From contig NC_043025.1 in assembly GCF_006345805.1 (NCBI RefSeq), forward strand, positions 3,348,001 through 3,412,000: DNA of 64,000 nt, given 5' to 3'. The notes under the pieces were generated by a model. It searched no databases. It was not told the DNA's origin and worked only from the letters and a program-made list of their open reading frames with translations. The position numbers were made by a program, and so were the translations under genes. Within the stretch, counting starts at the first letter, position 1. Each line of letters starts with the position of its first letter. The DNA is from Octopus sinensis. Taxonomy: Eukaryota. This document shows positions 1-13,745 of the stretch, piece after piece.

Positions 1-215
1 TAATCAACGAGTCCGGCGTTCAAACTCACTCCTTAGCACCTTGTGTAAATAAATATATAACACAGACTCTGGTTGATAAATAAGAGTTTGAGGGGAATTT
101 AGCGGTTGAAATCGTTCTCTAATCCCAATTGTGAGTATAGATGTGTATATATATGTGTGTGTGTGAGTCTCTGCGTGTGTATAGTGTGTATCTGTATGCA
201 TGTATGCATGTATGC

Positions 216-248
<33 letters not shown>

Positions 249-380
249 TGTATGTATGTATGTATGTTTGCATGTATGTATGTATGCATGTATGCATGTA
301 TGTAGTGAGTGCCCATAGCCTAATGGTTAGGGTGTTGTAACATAAAATTAAAAATATATCAAATTTTTCAGTCTTTATTT

Positions 381-573
381 ATATTCTTTTATTTGTTTCA
401 GTCATTTTTACGGGACCATGCTGGAGCACCGCCTTTGTCGAGCAAACCAACTCAGGACTTATTATTTGTAAGCCTAGTACTTATTCTCTTTTGCCGAAGC
501 GCTAAGTTACCGGGACGTAAACACACCAACATCGGTTGTCAAGCGATAGGCACAGAAACACACAAACACACAT

Positions 574-608
<35 letters not shown>

Positions 609-794
609 CGTATATATATATATACATACATATATACGATGGACTTCTTACAGTTTCTGTCTACCAAATCCACTCACAAAGCTTTGGTCGGCCCAAGGCT
701 ATAGTAGAAGACACTTGCCTAAGGTGCCACGCAATGAGATTGAATCTGGAACCATGTGGTTGGTAAGCAAGCTACTTACCACACAGTCACTCCT
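381..794 (-). mobile_element. tRNA-derived SINE with internal (CA)n/(TA)n tract
   Basis: Minus strand starts AGGAGTGACTGTGTGGTAAGTAGCTTGCTTACCAACCACATGGTTCCAGATTCAATCTC (A/B-box-like), then GGCACCTTAGGCAAGTGTCTTCTACTATAGCC. Related copies at ~17790 and ~51855. Confidence 0.75.
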
Positions 795-1133
795 TTATAA
801 GCTGTGAGTTTCCCTGCCTAGAACTTTCATACATACTCACCTTGTCTCCGATGAAGGAATATGCAGTGTACGGGTATGCTAGCCTATCAGTGGGGACATC
901 CCAGAAAAAGCTGGGGTAGCACAAACGATATCCAAGTTCAATTACGATAAATGACTCCTGCCTTGATTTTTGTTGTCCTTTCTCTCTAATATATACTTGT
1001 TAACACGGCATCCTAATACGTATCCCAAGCTCCAGCCTCAGCCGTGAACTTGGAAACTAACGGATGACCAATTATAGCACTTACTCTGCATAACTATTCT
1101 TTTGATCACCAGTGAACTAAACCCCCCACATCC

Positions 1134-1200
<67 letters not shown>

Positions 1201-1266
1201 ATAAAACGGTAAGATAACAAAAGAAAGAAAGAGACCTCAATATTATGTAAATAGAGGAAATTTATC

Positions 1267-3030
1267 TATACAATATGTTACATTACTCGGTAGTCAAGAT
1301 AAAACTCTGAGTTTCAGATGCCGAAGTGGAAATCCACAACACCATCTCTTCGGTTATCTGGCTATTTGAAAACGTTATGAAAAAATACCGTTAAAAATGA
1401 AGGGAAATTACTCTGTTATAACTCTGCTTTGCCTGCGTACTTATACATCGCTCGCATTTTTCGTCATAAAAATTATATAAAAATACATAAAAATATATAA
1501 AAATATATAAAAATATATAAAATCTTCTTGGGACATAACACAGAAAGCATGTTCTATCCGTTTTCTTTAGGGGACCAAAAACGTAACAGAAATTTAGTCA
1601 CATGTGGGCATGATCCGAAAAGCTCTGTCCTTGTATTTAGACATGTGGTAGGGTCTAAGCTGCTTTTCCAGATAAACCATCTCTCCATGTCGCATAAACC
1701 GCACCTTCCGCTGCCGTTAGTGTAGGGCTTACATCTGGCCAAAATCTTCCATTGTATGTTATAATCGACACCTTTATCTCTTAAAGACCAAATATGATTG
1801 GATAATTGTGTCGCTTTTCTTTTGTTCCAGTGCCTAAAGCTCAAAGTGTGGTTATTGAACCTGGCCTTGAAATTACCCTCTGTCAGGCCCACGTATTTCT
1901 TCGTCGAAATATTAGTTAAAAATATTAATAAGAGGATTTCTAGCCTCTCATCTAATGAGGACATCTTCAATAGCGTTGCCCCAGTTTATAATAAAGCTTT
2001 AAAAGATAGTGGTTTTAGCGAAAAAATAAAATATACACCTATCACCAGCCCAACAATAAGGAAAAGGAATAATAGAAATAGGAAGGTCATCTGGTTTACG
2101 CCCCCTTACTCACCCGAGGTGGCCTTCAATATAGGTAAATATTTCCTAGCACTGATAGATAGACATTTTCCAGTTAACCATGCTTATAGGAAACTCTTCA
2201 ATAGACACAATTTAAAAATTAGTTTTAGTTCAACTACCAATTTTAAAAACATAATCAATCATAACATACAAAAAACACAAGAAGAAAACAGCTGTTCATG
2301 CAGGAATAAAGAATTGTGCCCGCTAAATGGAGCTTGCATGTCCAAGACCATCATATATGAAGCTACCGTAAACTCTATAACCACTAAAGACACCGTTTCG
2401 ACGAAGAAATACGTGGGCCTGACAGAGGGTAATTTCAAGGCCAGGTTCAATAACCACACTTTGAGCTTTAGGCACTGGAACAAAAGAAAAGCGACACAAT
2501 TATCCAATCATATTTGGTCTTTAAGAGATAAAGGTGTCGATTATAACATACAATGGAAGATTTTGGCCAGATGTAAGCCCTATACCAACGGCAGCGGAAG
2601 GTGCGGTTTATGCGACATGGAGAGATGGCTTATCTAGCAAAGCAGCTTAGACCCTACCACATGTCTAAATACAAGGACAGAGCTTTTCGGATCATGCCCA
2701 CATGTGACTAAATTTCTGTTACGTTTTTGGTCCCCTAAAGAAAACGGATAGAACATGCTTTCTGTGTAATGTCCCAAGAAGATTTTATATATTTTTATAT
2801 ATTTTTATATATTTTTATGTATTTTTATATAATTTTTATGACGAAAAATGCGAGCGATGTATAAGTACGCAGGCAAAGCAGAGTTATAACAGAGTAATTT
2901 CCCTTCATTTTTAACGGTATTTTTTCATAACGTTTTCAAATAGCCAGATAACCGAAGAGATGGTGTTGTGGATTTCCACTTCGGCATCTGAAACTCAGAG
3001 TTTTATCTTGACTACCGAGTAATGTAACAT

Positions 3031-3038
<8 letters not shown>
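1267..3038 (+). mobile_element. 5'-truncated Penelope-like element (GIY-YIG) with inverted pseudo-LTR copy; 643-bp arms at 1267-1909 and 2396-3038
   Basis: ORF 1798..2637 contains VIWFTPPYS, CSCRNKELCPLNGAC, IIYEATV...KKYVGLTEGNFKARFNNH and RCGLCDMER (GIY-YIG plus PLE Cys motifs). 1267-1909 is the reverse complement of 2396-3038. (TA)n tracts lie near the left end and directly after the right end. Confidence 0.9.
2946..3008 (+). ncRNA. Variant type I hammerhead motif in PLE pLTR (mirror copy at 1297-1359, minus strand)
   Basis: Stem I AGAUAA/UUAUCU; core CCGAAGA (U4C); stem II GAUG...CAUC followed by one extra U; GAAA; quasi-palindromic stem III ACUCAGAGU; GUU triplet. Two deviations from consensus. 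Confidence 0.45.
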
Positions 3039-3093
<55 letters not shown>

Positions 3094-3539
3094 CTATCCC
3101 TAGTCTCAACAAAAATTGTTTCAACACGCAAATTCACATAAAGAATCTTGCAAGCCAAATACAAAACGAAATATATGCACGGCGTCCGAGCTAAATCTGC
3201 CAATTTTCATAAAATGGAAAGGAAAGTACAATATCCCTTCCAAATATTAAAGCATTTTCAAAACTCAAAACAATATCCACAACGTTATGGCTAAAAAGTA
3301 ACAGTTTACTCCAAGTACCCATACTCAGTTCCCACCACCGTCGTGAGACACCTCCGGAACCTGACAAATGCATTTCTTACCGGGTTCCTGGTTTTTGAAC
3401 ACCTCTCTAATCTTAGCAACCAGCTCAGCCTTGCTCCTACAGGCAGGCAGGTAGGCAGGCTGATGTCTTTCTCAACCTGACCCACACATGGTAGGAATTA
3501 GGAGGTCAGAAATTGGGGTTAATGAAATGAAATTCTCTA

Positions 3540-3950
3540 ACAATATCTTCTGACTGTTTTCCAGGGATTTTGCAAGGTGCCGCATCCTGCTGCCACACTT
3601 ATGGCCTTACAGCAGCTACCCTTCCCGGTAAGTAGCCTTTTTCGAATTCAGCTTAAGGCTCTGTTCATAGGTTAAACTATGACACAGGGCCAAGAACAAG
3701 TGCCTGACAACAGGGGAGGATGCAGGGCTACACCTCTTTAAATGTGTTTGGGTGACAGTACAATATAGACAATGGTAACGAGGTGACAGGGTGTGCCATC
3801 CAGGTAGACGAAGGTAAGTATAAAATGGAACAGGGGAAAAGAATGCGAAGGTAGTGAGTAAAGAGAATGGCAGAGGGTAAAGGTGGGACAGGAGGTGAAT
3901 TGTGGGAGTGATGAAAAGAGACAGAGGTGTGGTTCACAGTAAACATCATT
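3540..3950 (-). mobile_element. Possible decayed PLE C-terminal/3' fragment
   Basis: Pyrimidine-rich minus strand with weak YHP-like and Cys-like remnants; similar in character to 58200-58550. Weak. Confidence 0.3.
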
Positions 3951-4020
3951 ATGGGGGTTGCTGAGAGACAGTTTATATAAACACAGGTAGACTTGTTAGT
4001 AGGCTGTTATGTAGACGTTT

Positions 4021-5035
<1,015 letters not shown>

Positions 5036-5053
5036 ATGTATGTATGTATGTAT

Positions 5054-5103
5054 GTATACTAGTTTAAAAGCCACTCTATCGGGCGGCTTTTAAACTAGTA
5101 TAT
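5054..5103. repeat. Perfect 19-bp inverted repeat with 12-nt loop, CTAG near both outer ends
   Basis: ATATACTAGTTTAAAAGCC-actctatcgggc-GGCTTTTAAACTAGTATAT. Confidence 0.9.
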
Positions 5104-5419
5104 GGGTTTTAAGCAAGTGTGTCCGAATGGGAAGATTTGCAAACAGATCTCTGACTTGTTTTGGAGAATTTGTTGCAATTGCTTCCTCCAGAGTCATATC
5201 CCAATGATGACCATATTCCACGCAAAAAAAAAATTATGTAAAAAAGAAATCGCCGAAAATAATCGCAATAATGAAAACATGGGAATCCAAAATTTCCAGA
5301 TTGCACGTCCAGATTCAGCCCGGAATGATTTTAATTTACTCATACAGGTGGTGTTTAGATTATAAAAACTGTTATCGTACAAAAAAATGTGTCGCCAAAA
5401 GGACTCGAGGGAAGTTTCT

Positions 5420-5985
5420 GGGATCCGTACGAGATTACTAAGAAGCTGTTCACTAAACCGAAGAGTTGAACTTCATCATGCACGAAAGAAGAATTGGATG
5501 TTCATATGAAAGAAACCTAAAGCGATCCGCATCGTTTCCAGCCACAGTCACTTCTAAATGGGCAAAAGCATCTCTTAGAACCTGATATCGAATTTCACAT
5601 TGGAGACATCAAGGAGAAAGAGGTGAATTATTTCGTGAGAAAAGCTAGAGCAAAGAGTGCGTCAGGAGATGACGGCGTCTCGTATAAAGTCTACAAGTAC
5701 TGCAATCGTCTGCGAAAGAAGCTCTTCACCCTACTCCGACAGCTGTGGCGCGAATAGACTCTTGTAGAGGATTGGTGTAAGGAAGAAAGTATATACCGGC
5801 CGAAAGAGGTCAATGCAGAGACTATGAAACAGTTTAGGCCGATATCCTTATTGAATGTGAAAGACAAGATCTTAATACGAATTCTCTCGAGGAGAACAGT
5901 GACATATTTACAGAATAACGAATATGTTGATGAATCTGTTCAAGAGGCCGGAATCTCTGGGATGCCTGGATGCGTTGATCACTGT
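5420..5985 (+). mobile_element. Non-LTR RT fragment, Hero/NeSL-like
   Basis: Translates KARAKSASGDDGVSYKVYKYC...QFRPISLLNVKDKILIRILSRR...YVDESVQEAGISGMPGCVDHC, i.e. N-terminal RT domains; contains an in-frame stop and ends at a (TA)n tract. Confidence 0.7.
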
Positions 5986-7993
5986 TATATATATATATAT
6001 ATTTAATATATTATTATTATTAATATAAGGAAATTAATATCCAAACTCATCATAAAGATATACTCGTGTGAAAGAACTTATTGTATTAAAGATATATATA
6101 AATAAATACATCTAAAAATACGAAAATAATGTATAAAATAAATTTGATAGTTTAAAAGTTTTAAATTAATTATTTAAGCATCTTACGATCGTTTCGCAGA
6201 AGAGCTGTCCCTATAATGATATCCTATATTGATAAGCATTTATAGACAACTCTTCTGCTCTTCAGAGATATAAAATATGAATATTGTATAATATATCGAA
6301 TGATGTTTTTTTTTCAAAATTTGAAGTAAAATTTTAAAATAGTCTTTGTTTGAAATGCAAAATAAAAATTAAAAATTACTACTTTTGATGAGAGTTTTTA
6401 AATCCATATATATTTCCTTTGATATTCTACTGCGATAATCCATAATATTCATACTCAAAATCCGTCATATTATCTTGTATTCCAGTATAGTTTCTTTTCA
6501 ATTTGGAGTGGGTTTTTTCCCATTATTTCTTCAGTTTTTTACCATTGCCTAGCTACTGACATGAGACAGGAGTTCAAGGATGGTAACTTCTTTTAAGATG
6601 GAGAAAATAATGAAGAAAGACGCGATGCTGTCATCACTAAAAGCATTTTTTTCTTAAGGTGCCAAGAAGGAAGATAGTGCGCGTGCGAGCGTGTGTATGT
6701 GTGTGTATATGTGTGCGTATGTGTGCCTATGAGTTCATGCACTGTGTAATTTCGATGTTTTCCATTGAAAATAAAGTCAGCTTTCTTTTAATTTCGTGTC
6801 TTTGTATGAACAGACATTAGTACAATATTTACAAATTAGAAAAATAAGACCCACTGTTACAGAGATGAGTATCATGTTATAAATAGTGAATCAGAGACAA
6901 CATGTATATATGTATATGTATTAAAGAAAGCAAAAAATAAAACAAAAATGATAGTGTTCAGTATGTTGGCGACGGGAATTTCTGTCAAAGAGACATGGTT
7001 AAACAAAGTTGTACAACATTTCCCTCTTCCTCTCACATACCCACTTTCTCTCTCTCTCTCTCTCTCTCTTTCTTATTATTAATCCCACTGCCACCATCAA
7101 CACTACTACTTTTAATGAAACATCAACAACTCTCCCTAAATTTCTTTATCTCTCTTTCCTTCTCTTTTTCTTTCTCTCTCTTTCTCTCCCTCTCTTTTTC
7201 TTTCTCTCTCTTTCTCTCCCTCTCTTTTTCTTTCTCTCTCTTTCTCACTGTCTGTCTTCGCCACCACCCTCACAGTCTCTATGCATACTATTACTCTCAT
7301 CCCAGCATGAGGAATAGTAGAAGTGTATTTGAATAGTGAGAGATGGGGTCTAAGTGTGATACACTGACACACAGAAATTAGTATTCGTATCTGTTATATT
7401 AGATTCTTAGAAAATCTATCCCGCTTTAAAAATATAAGTAGAGTGGCAGATTCCTTTGACTAATCCCGTCAACGTGGTGCCCCAGAATATCCGCAATCCA
7501 CTGACTGAGGCAAGGAAAGATAAAAGATAAAAGATGAAACATATGTATTTGCTATTTGTGTTCCCGTGTCTTAATATCACGCAAAAGTTGTAAACTTGAA
7601 TCACCGTCATACAAGCGGGCTTCTATGTTTCTTGAAAACCTTTTCTGTCAGAGGAACAGTTTTCTTCGCCTGAAGCAGGTGATGTTTGGTGTTTGTAACA
7701 GCATCTGACCATAGAAAATCTGTGTCACTGAATTCTGCCCGACCCATGCAACCGTGGCAATATGGACGTTAGAAGAATGATATTATACATGGGTGCGTAT
7801 GTGTATGAGTGTGTGTGTACGCGTGTGAATGTGTGTGTATGTGTGTGAGTGTGTGCGAGAGTATATGTTTGTGTGTAATGCGTGTATGTGTGTGTATATG
7901 TTTGACTGCGTGTATCTGTTTGAGTGTGTTTATGTGTGTGAATGTGTGTATGTGTGTAAGTGTGAGAGTGAGAGTGAGTGAGTGTGTGTGAAA

Positions 7994-8030
<37 letters not shown>

Positions 8031-8620
8031 GTAGAGTGAATGTGTGTGTGTTTGTTTCTTTGCCTTTATGCGTTTCTCACAGAAGTTTCTCCTAAGTGAC
8101 TTGGTGTATTAAATCAAAGATCTTTATGACAAAATATTGCTAAAACTGTTTAATATTTGTATTTCATTTACAAATGTTGTTCACATTTTTTACTTTAATC
8201 TTATGCTGTTTCAAGAGAATGTTGTGATTTAATTGACACCCGGTCAACCTCTGCATGAATCAGCATATGTTTAGCTTGTTTAATGCCTTATATTGGAATA
8301 AAGAGACTGGATTAACTCAGGATGCCTGGGATCTTCGTCGCTTTGTAGCGGCCAAATGAAACTGAAACATCGTTGATGCCCTCTCTGTGTTTTTAATACA
8401 CCAAATTCCTTAAGCGAAGTCTATCCGAGACAAAACTCAGAACAAGCGCCGTTCTGAGTTTCTCTATGCATTATAAATGATCTACACACAAACTATCATC
8501 TATAGATGAGTACATACATGTAAACATTGGCAGTTATGTTGTATTAATATCGTTTCAGCCATTATAAAAAAAAACGTATCAATGAATTCAAACAGAAAGA
8601 AGAAAAGTTTTGTTCCGTAC

Positions 8621-8779
8621 TCTATAGAGCTTATCATTCCTCATGGAGTAAAATACTACTCTTGCAAGGGTTGATCTTTGTTCGTCTTTCAGATGTTTTG
8701 GTAAACTCTTTGGTAAGGAAATAAAGGAAAGTGTCTGTATATCATCTTGTTGTTGGTCAGAGTATGAGTGGTTAAAGAG
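8621..8779 (-). CDS. Adhesion GPCR-like exon 12 of 12 found (GAIN): LFNHSYSDQQQDDIQTLSFISLPKSLPKHLKDEQRSTLARVVFYSMRNDKLYR
   Basis: ctaccAG|CTC...AGA|GTacgg; 159 nt, phase 0-0; matches the phase-0 end of exon 14163-14334. Below the ORF-track length cutoff. Confidence 0.85.
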
Positions 8780-9120
8780 CTGGTAGAGAAAAATAAAATG
8801 AAAATTGAAATTGATAAATAATAAATAACACTACGACAACTGTTGCTGTTGTTATTGTTGTAACCTCTTCTTCTACAACAACTTCAATATTACAACACAT
8901 ATAATAGCTAAAACTATCAATACCAAAAAACTACTACTGTCTCATTCATAAGCAACCATTGGGGTGTTTTGCATTGGTCAACTAATTCTTGGTCTGTCCA
9001 GTAGTTTTCTATTTTTGATTCAATCTCTTTCTCGGGTTCGCAGAGACATGAATACGGAAGAATTTGGTGCAGAATCATGTTTATCTCATTGTTTTTAACC
9101 ATTGACATCATTTTCTACTT

Positions 9121-9295
9121 TTCAAACAAGGTGAAATATTTAAGATTAAATCAAATTTCACCTGTGCCTCGGAAAACCTAATTTATGACATTATCTGGTT
9201 AGGGTGCGGTAATCAGGATATTGGCCAAACAGAAATATCACTCTGTCGAAGAACCACTCTCCACAAAGAACAAATCCACCATCCACAATACAGAC

Positions 9296-9297
<2 letters not shown>
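9121..9297 (+). mobile_element. PLE GIY-YIG endonuclease fragment
   Basis: Frame from 9121 reads FKQGEIFKIKSNFTCASENLIYDIIWLGCGNQDIGQTEISLCRRTTLHKEQI, matching the FTCxSxNLIYxIxCxxCxxxYIGQT...R...H pattern. Confidence 0.8.
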
Positions 9298-9369
<72 letters not shown>

Positions 9370-9395
9370 AAGGGTGGAAAGGAACACACGAGTTG

Positions 9396-9903
9396 ATATA
9401 TATGAAAAAACAAGTCAAAAATAGAAAATGCTAAGATGATTTTATAGTGAATCTTTCAGTACCGGTTTCGGTCATTTTGAGACCTTTTCAACTGTAACGA
9501 TTAAATAATTAAATTTAGAAAATTTAGAAAAATTAGAAGAAAGATTTTTTTAAAGGAATACTTCCATAGTAGTGTTCAGATATAGGTGGCATTCTGCCTT
9601 TCTCTGACTTCCTTGTTTGCACTTGTGTATTCGAGGTCGTTCCCACTCCCACCCCCTCAAGAACTCACAACGACCTCGAATACACAAGTGCAAACAAGGG
9701 AGTCAGAGAAAGGCAGAATGCCACCTATATCTGAACACTACTATGGAAGTATTCCTTTAAAAAAACCTTTCTTCTAATTTTTCTAAATTTTTCTAAATTT
9801 AATTATTTAATCGTTACAGTTGAAAAGGTCTCGAAATGACCGAAACCGGTACTGAAAGATTCACTATAAAATCATCTTAGCATTTTCTATTTTTGACTTG
9901 TTT

Positions 9904-9915
<12 letters not shown>
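9396..9915. repeat. Fold-back with ~246-bp arms (9396-9641 / 9669-9915) and a 27-nt spacer; PLE-pLTR-like
   Basis: Arms are near-perfect reverse complements; each carries a hammerhead motif; the structure sits just downstream of a GIY-YIG fragment. Confidence 0.9.
9809..9861 (+). ncRNA. Minimal type I hammerhead motif, U3-A8 variant (mirror copy at 9451-9502, minus strand)
   Basis: CAG-UUGAAAA-GGUC(UCGAAAU)GACC-GAAA-CCG-GUA-CUG: G10.1-C11.1 intact, palindromic stem III ACCGGU, GUA triplet. Confidence 0.7.
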
Positions 9916-9977
<62 letters not shown>

Positions 9978-11479
9978 TACGTTTGTGTGTATTCATGTAG
10001 TCGCACGCGCATGTGTATGTGTGTGTATTGGTTGACGGCAGCAGTAAATACACATAAAGAACATTATTTCTCCCACCATTGTTACCACACTTATTTATTG
10101 CATTTAAAAGATGTAGAAAAAAAGATATAGGACAGATGATGGAGGAGCAGAAGAATTTGAAAAGATAATTAACCTAGTATCTCTTTAACAATTAGACTCA
10201 TTAATATAACCCTATAAACAGAAGTGTCGTCGTCCACAGACAAAGTTGTTGAATGGTTAGGTTTGAGAGTATGGCATTTTGTGGCCGCCACAGAAATTTT
10301 AAGCCATTTAGCAGCAGGCACAAGAAATGTTTTATAGTGAAGAACACAACTTTCTGTACTTTTCTGTGGTTGTGTTAATAATATAATTTGTGTTAATAAT
10401 TTGTCATCAAATATATTAAGATTAAAAAGAAATATGAAAGATCTTGTATAACGAGACTACACTGTTGTGCTTTGGACATTTAACTGGACGACTTTTGGTG
10501 TTTAATTGCGAATGCATGATATTATATATTAACGGACGTATATATAAATGTTGAGTGGTGAGAACGGAGTGTATTGGTGTGTGTGTATATATTTATGTGT
10601 ACATATATATATGAATCAGTCTGCATGAACGAGAATGTGCATATAAGTTGAGAGAAAAACAGGGCAAAATGAATGAGATATAAGGTGCAAGAGAGAAAGA
10701 GGGGCGTCGGCACTGGTATAGTGAAGACGGTTGGGAGGCAGTAGTGAAAAACCAACCATGCCATTGCTGAGTCTCTCGCAGAAAATGACGACAAACGACA
10801 CGAGATGAACCGTCATTCTAAAGCAAATTGGGATTTTAAAAGCATATCTTTATTATCTATTCCCACGGATTCAATCTGTATCTGTCAAACCTCCCCACCA
10901 ACTCATCTTCACATCACCCACACTACGATCACCCCTGACTATGGTATAATTTCCTCAGTTGATGTAATTATATAAGAGCTGAACTGCACATATTCCATCC
11001 CCTTTTGTGCTACTAATTATCCCTTTCCTTGGAATCACTTCTTTTATCTCTCATCTAACACTTCTATCACATACAAACAACAAAGATTTTGTTACAGAAG
11101 ACCAAATAAGTGTTCCTCGCTTATTTTGCTATTCTCATTTTAAATCTATAATTACATTTTTTTCTATAATGTCTAGATTTTGTGTGAAATGCCAATCACT
11201 TAATAAGATTTCTTACCACGTCCAGATTTTGGTTTTAATAATCTTAATGCCAGTGATATGGTGTTTGCTTTTCAAGGTGAAAGCAATTTTTGCTTGACAA
11301 CTATATGCAGATTCTAATGATTCTGATCAATAAAATTTATCCCGAGTTAGCCACACTGAGTCAAGAGTTGCCAATTGCCCAACGGTCAGTCGCTGTATGA
11401 CAGCCAAGTAGATTCGTTGTTGAAGACAGCAGTTCACCAGTTTGATAGTGAAATAGAAATAGGGGAAAGAATAGCATAT

Positions 11480-12470
11480 ATTTTCCAGATGCAACTAGCT
11501 CCCTACATTTGGGAAGTCAAATGGAGTTAAATGACATAGTGTCCAATTTGGAATTATTAAAAGAAAAGGTAGAGTTGCACGGTTCCAGACCTCAAGATCG
11601 GAATTTTCTCCAGCGAAACTCCAAAGTTCCTATTCGCCATCTGCAGTTTTCATCATTTTACTTAGACGAGGACAACATTTGTTTCTGCCACGATATCAGT
11701 GGTTTGAGGGAAAGGATTGACTTTTGCTATGAACCAAAACTATGGAGACTGTCTATTGACTCTAGGGAAGCTTGTCTTAAAGCTCTATTACTGTACAACA
11801 GCAATGAAAATCTTTCAATATCTTTAGCCACTGATCTTAATGAGACTTATGAATTATGGAACTGCTACTAAGCTTCATCAAATATAAGGACCACATATGT
11901 AGTATTTGTGACTACCTTAAAGTTGTATTATTACTTCTTGGGTTATCTGCTTTTTGTGTCCATGGAACAGCAGAGATGGCAAGAAATACAACAAAAAACG
12001 TGATTGGCCATCTAGAACTGAACATGTTGGTAATCACAATGTGAAATACCCAGCACTTACTGACCCTCAGAAAGACCATCTTCCACCACTTCACATTACA
12101 CTTGGGCCTTTGAAGAATTTCATGAAGAGTATGGATGATCAATGTAGTGGTTTCCAATAATTAAAGGATAAATCAAAGGAATTTTTACAGATGCAAACCT
12201 AGAAGCTGAAGGTTTCACTTGACCTCAGATCCGCAGTGTCATCCTCGACTTATCGTTTACATTTAATCTAAATGAGAAAAAACTAGGAGACTGGACGACA
12301 AGCCTGATGAGCGATTCCACCAACAGATCTCAGTTAAGGAAAACAGATCCCAAGGTAATTTCAACCCAAATATGATGCGAGATTATTGTTGGTTCCTGCA
12401 GAAGGAGAACTCGTCTTCATACAAATAACAAATTAAGAGGAAAATACTAAAGTTTCCCTTAGGAACAGGA
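11480..12470 (+). mobile_element. Decayed DNA transposase, Chapaev3-like
   Basis: ELNDIVSNLELLKEKVELHGSR; WRLSIDS..CLKALLLYNSN; ICDYLKVVLLLLG; LPPLHITLGPLKNFMK. Multiple frameshifts; family assignment from memory of these motifs. Confidence 0.6.
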
Positions 12471-13199
12471 AATCGCCTTTCGGTAGTGACAACAAAATAC
12501 TAACGTTCTTTGGGTGGGTGGGTGTTGGTTGGTTGGTTGGGCGGAGGGATGGTAACTCCTCCAGCGGAATTCTGTTTTAAGCTGGAAGAAGGAGGAAAAA
12601 ACACACCTGTTCACTAATTATTTATGTATGCTTAACATAAAACGTGGCATGGAAAAGTACTTAGACGGCTTTCGTAATAGAAGCAGGCGACAAAAAAAGG
12701 AAAAATAAGGGATTTCGATTACACAAAATCTGGATGTGATAGAACAATTTAGATGTCAGTTGTGAAATTAGCATCAGAAATTGGATAGGAATCAGGAATT
12801 GACGTGTGTGTAACAAAAAAGTTGAGGTTTGTTGTCTAGGATTATCATCCTTTTGTTCCCTATTTCCAATGAACGTTTCTTTGCCCTGAATACCCTCTTA
12901 CATCTGCCATCGAAATCCCTTTACTTTTCGTCACTCAATATATCCAGTCCTACGTGCCTCTTACCTCTATCTCTGTCACTGTGCAACTTCTCTATCCTCT
13001 GCACTTCGCATTATCTCACTATATCTTAACTATCAATGGTTTTATTTAATTCTTGCTCCCCGCCGTTTTTCTTTTTTTGTTTTTTGCTTTTTCACCAATC
13101 TCCTCCTCCTCCTCTATTTTCATTACCTTCCCCAAAACTGAGATTCTCCATTGCCCACGCCTCCAGTCATGTCAGCCACTCAAAATTCAATTACATCCT

Positions 13200-13530
13200 T
13201 GTGCCATGGGTAAAGGGTAAAGAACCCCTTCTTTCATCAATGACCATGGGATTGCGCCCAGGAAGTTCCCCTCCGAGGCACCAGTCCGGGCGAGGTTGTT
13301 CGTGGAGTCGTTCATGCATATCAGCCTCCCTCTCCACCAATGTTATCCAGGGGAAAGGCAAAAACCGATACAGCTTTGCATCAGTGACCTCGCAACTCAT
13401 TTCTACAGCTGAGTGAACTTGAGCAACGTGCTCAACAAAACAACACACAGCCCAGTCTGGGAATCGAACTCATTACCTCATGGTTGTGAGACCAACATAC
13501 TAACGACTGAGCCATGCGCCTTCAGCACTG
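13200..13530 (-). mobile_element. tRNA-derived SINE
   Basis: Minus strand AAGGCGCATGGCTCAGTCGTTAGTATGTTGG...GAGTTCGATTCCCAG with A and B boxes. Confidence 0.65.
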
Positions 13531-13544
13531 CCAATGGCATGAGA

Positions 13545-13745
13545 AAGGCATCCAGTCCGCACTGTAAAGTGGGTGACGTTAGGGAGGGCAACAGCCATCC
13601 ACAGAAATCAAGCCAAGGCTGACACTGTAGCTCAATACAGTCCCAGGGGAGACCGGATTTTGTCAATCCATTCAACTCACGCCAGCATGAAACATGGACG
13701 TTAAATGATGATGATGATGAGGAGGAGGAGGATGATGATGATCAT
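13545..13745 (+). mobile_element. 3' end of an RTE-type LINE or RTE-tailed SINE
   Basis: ...GCCAGCATGAAACATGGACGTTAAATGATGATGAT with a (GAT)n tail; a similar tail is at ~7750-7780. Confidence 0.55.

Noticed and set aside
4-766. HT/YI/CV-rich ORFs here and throughout the ORF track
   Set aside because: Translations of (CA)n, (TA)n, (TACA)n, (TAG)n and (GAT)n microsatellites.
7416-7610. Hydrophobic minus-strand ORF as a possible 7TM exon
   Set aside because: No adhesion-GPCR TM motifs, no donor site, and the GPS exons that must precede it are missing.
8433-8461. 11-bp hairpin (and a 12-bp hairpin at 20971-20998)
   Set aside because: Short, in AT-rich DNA, with no associated feature; plausible by chance or local slippage.
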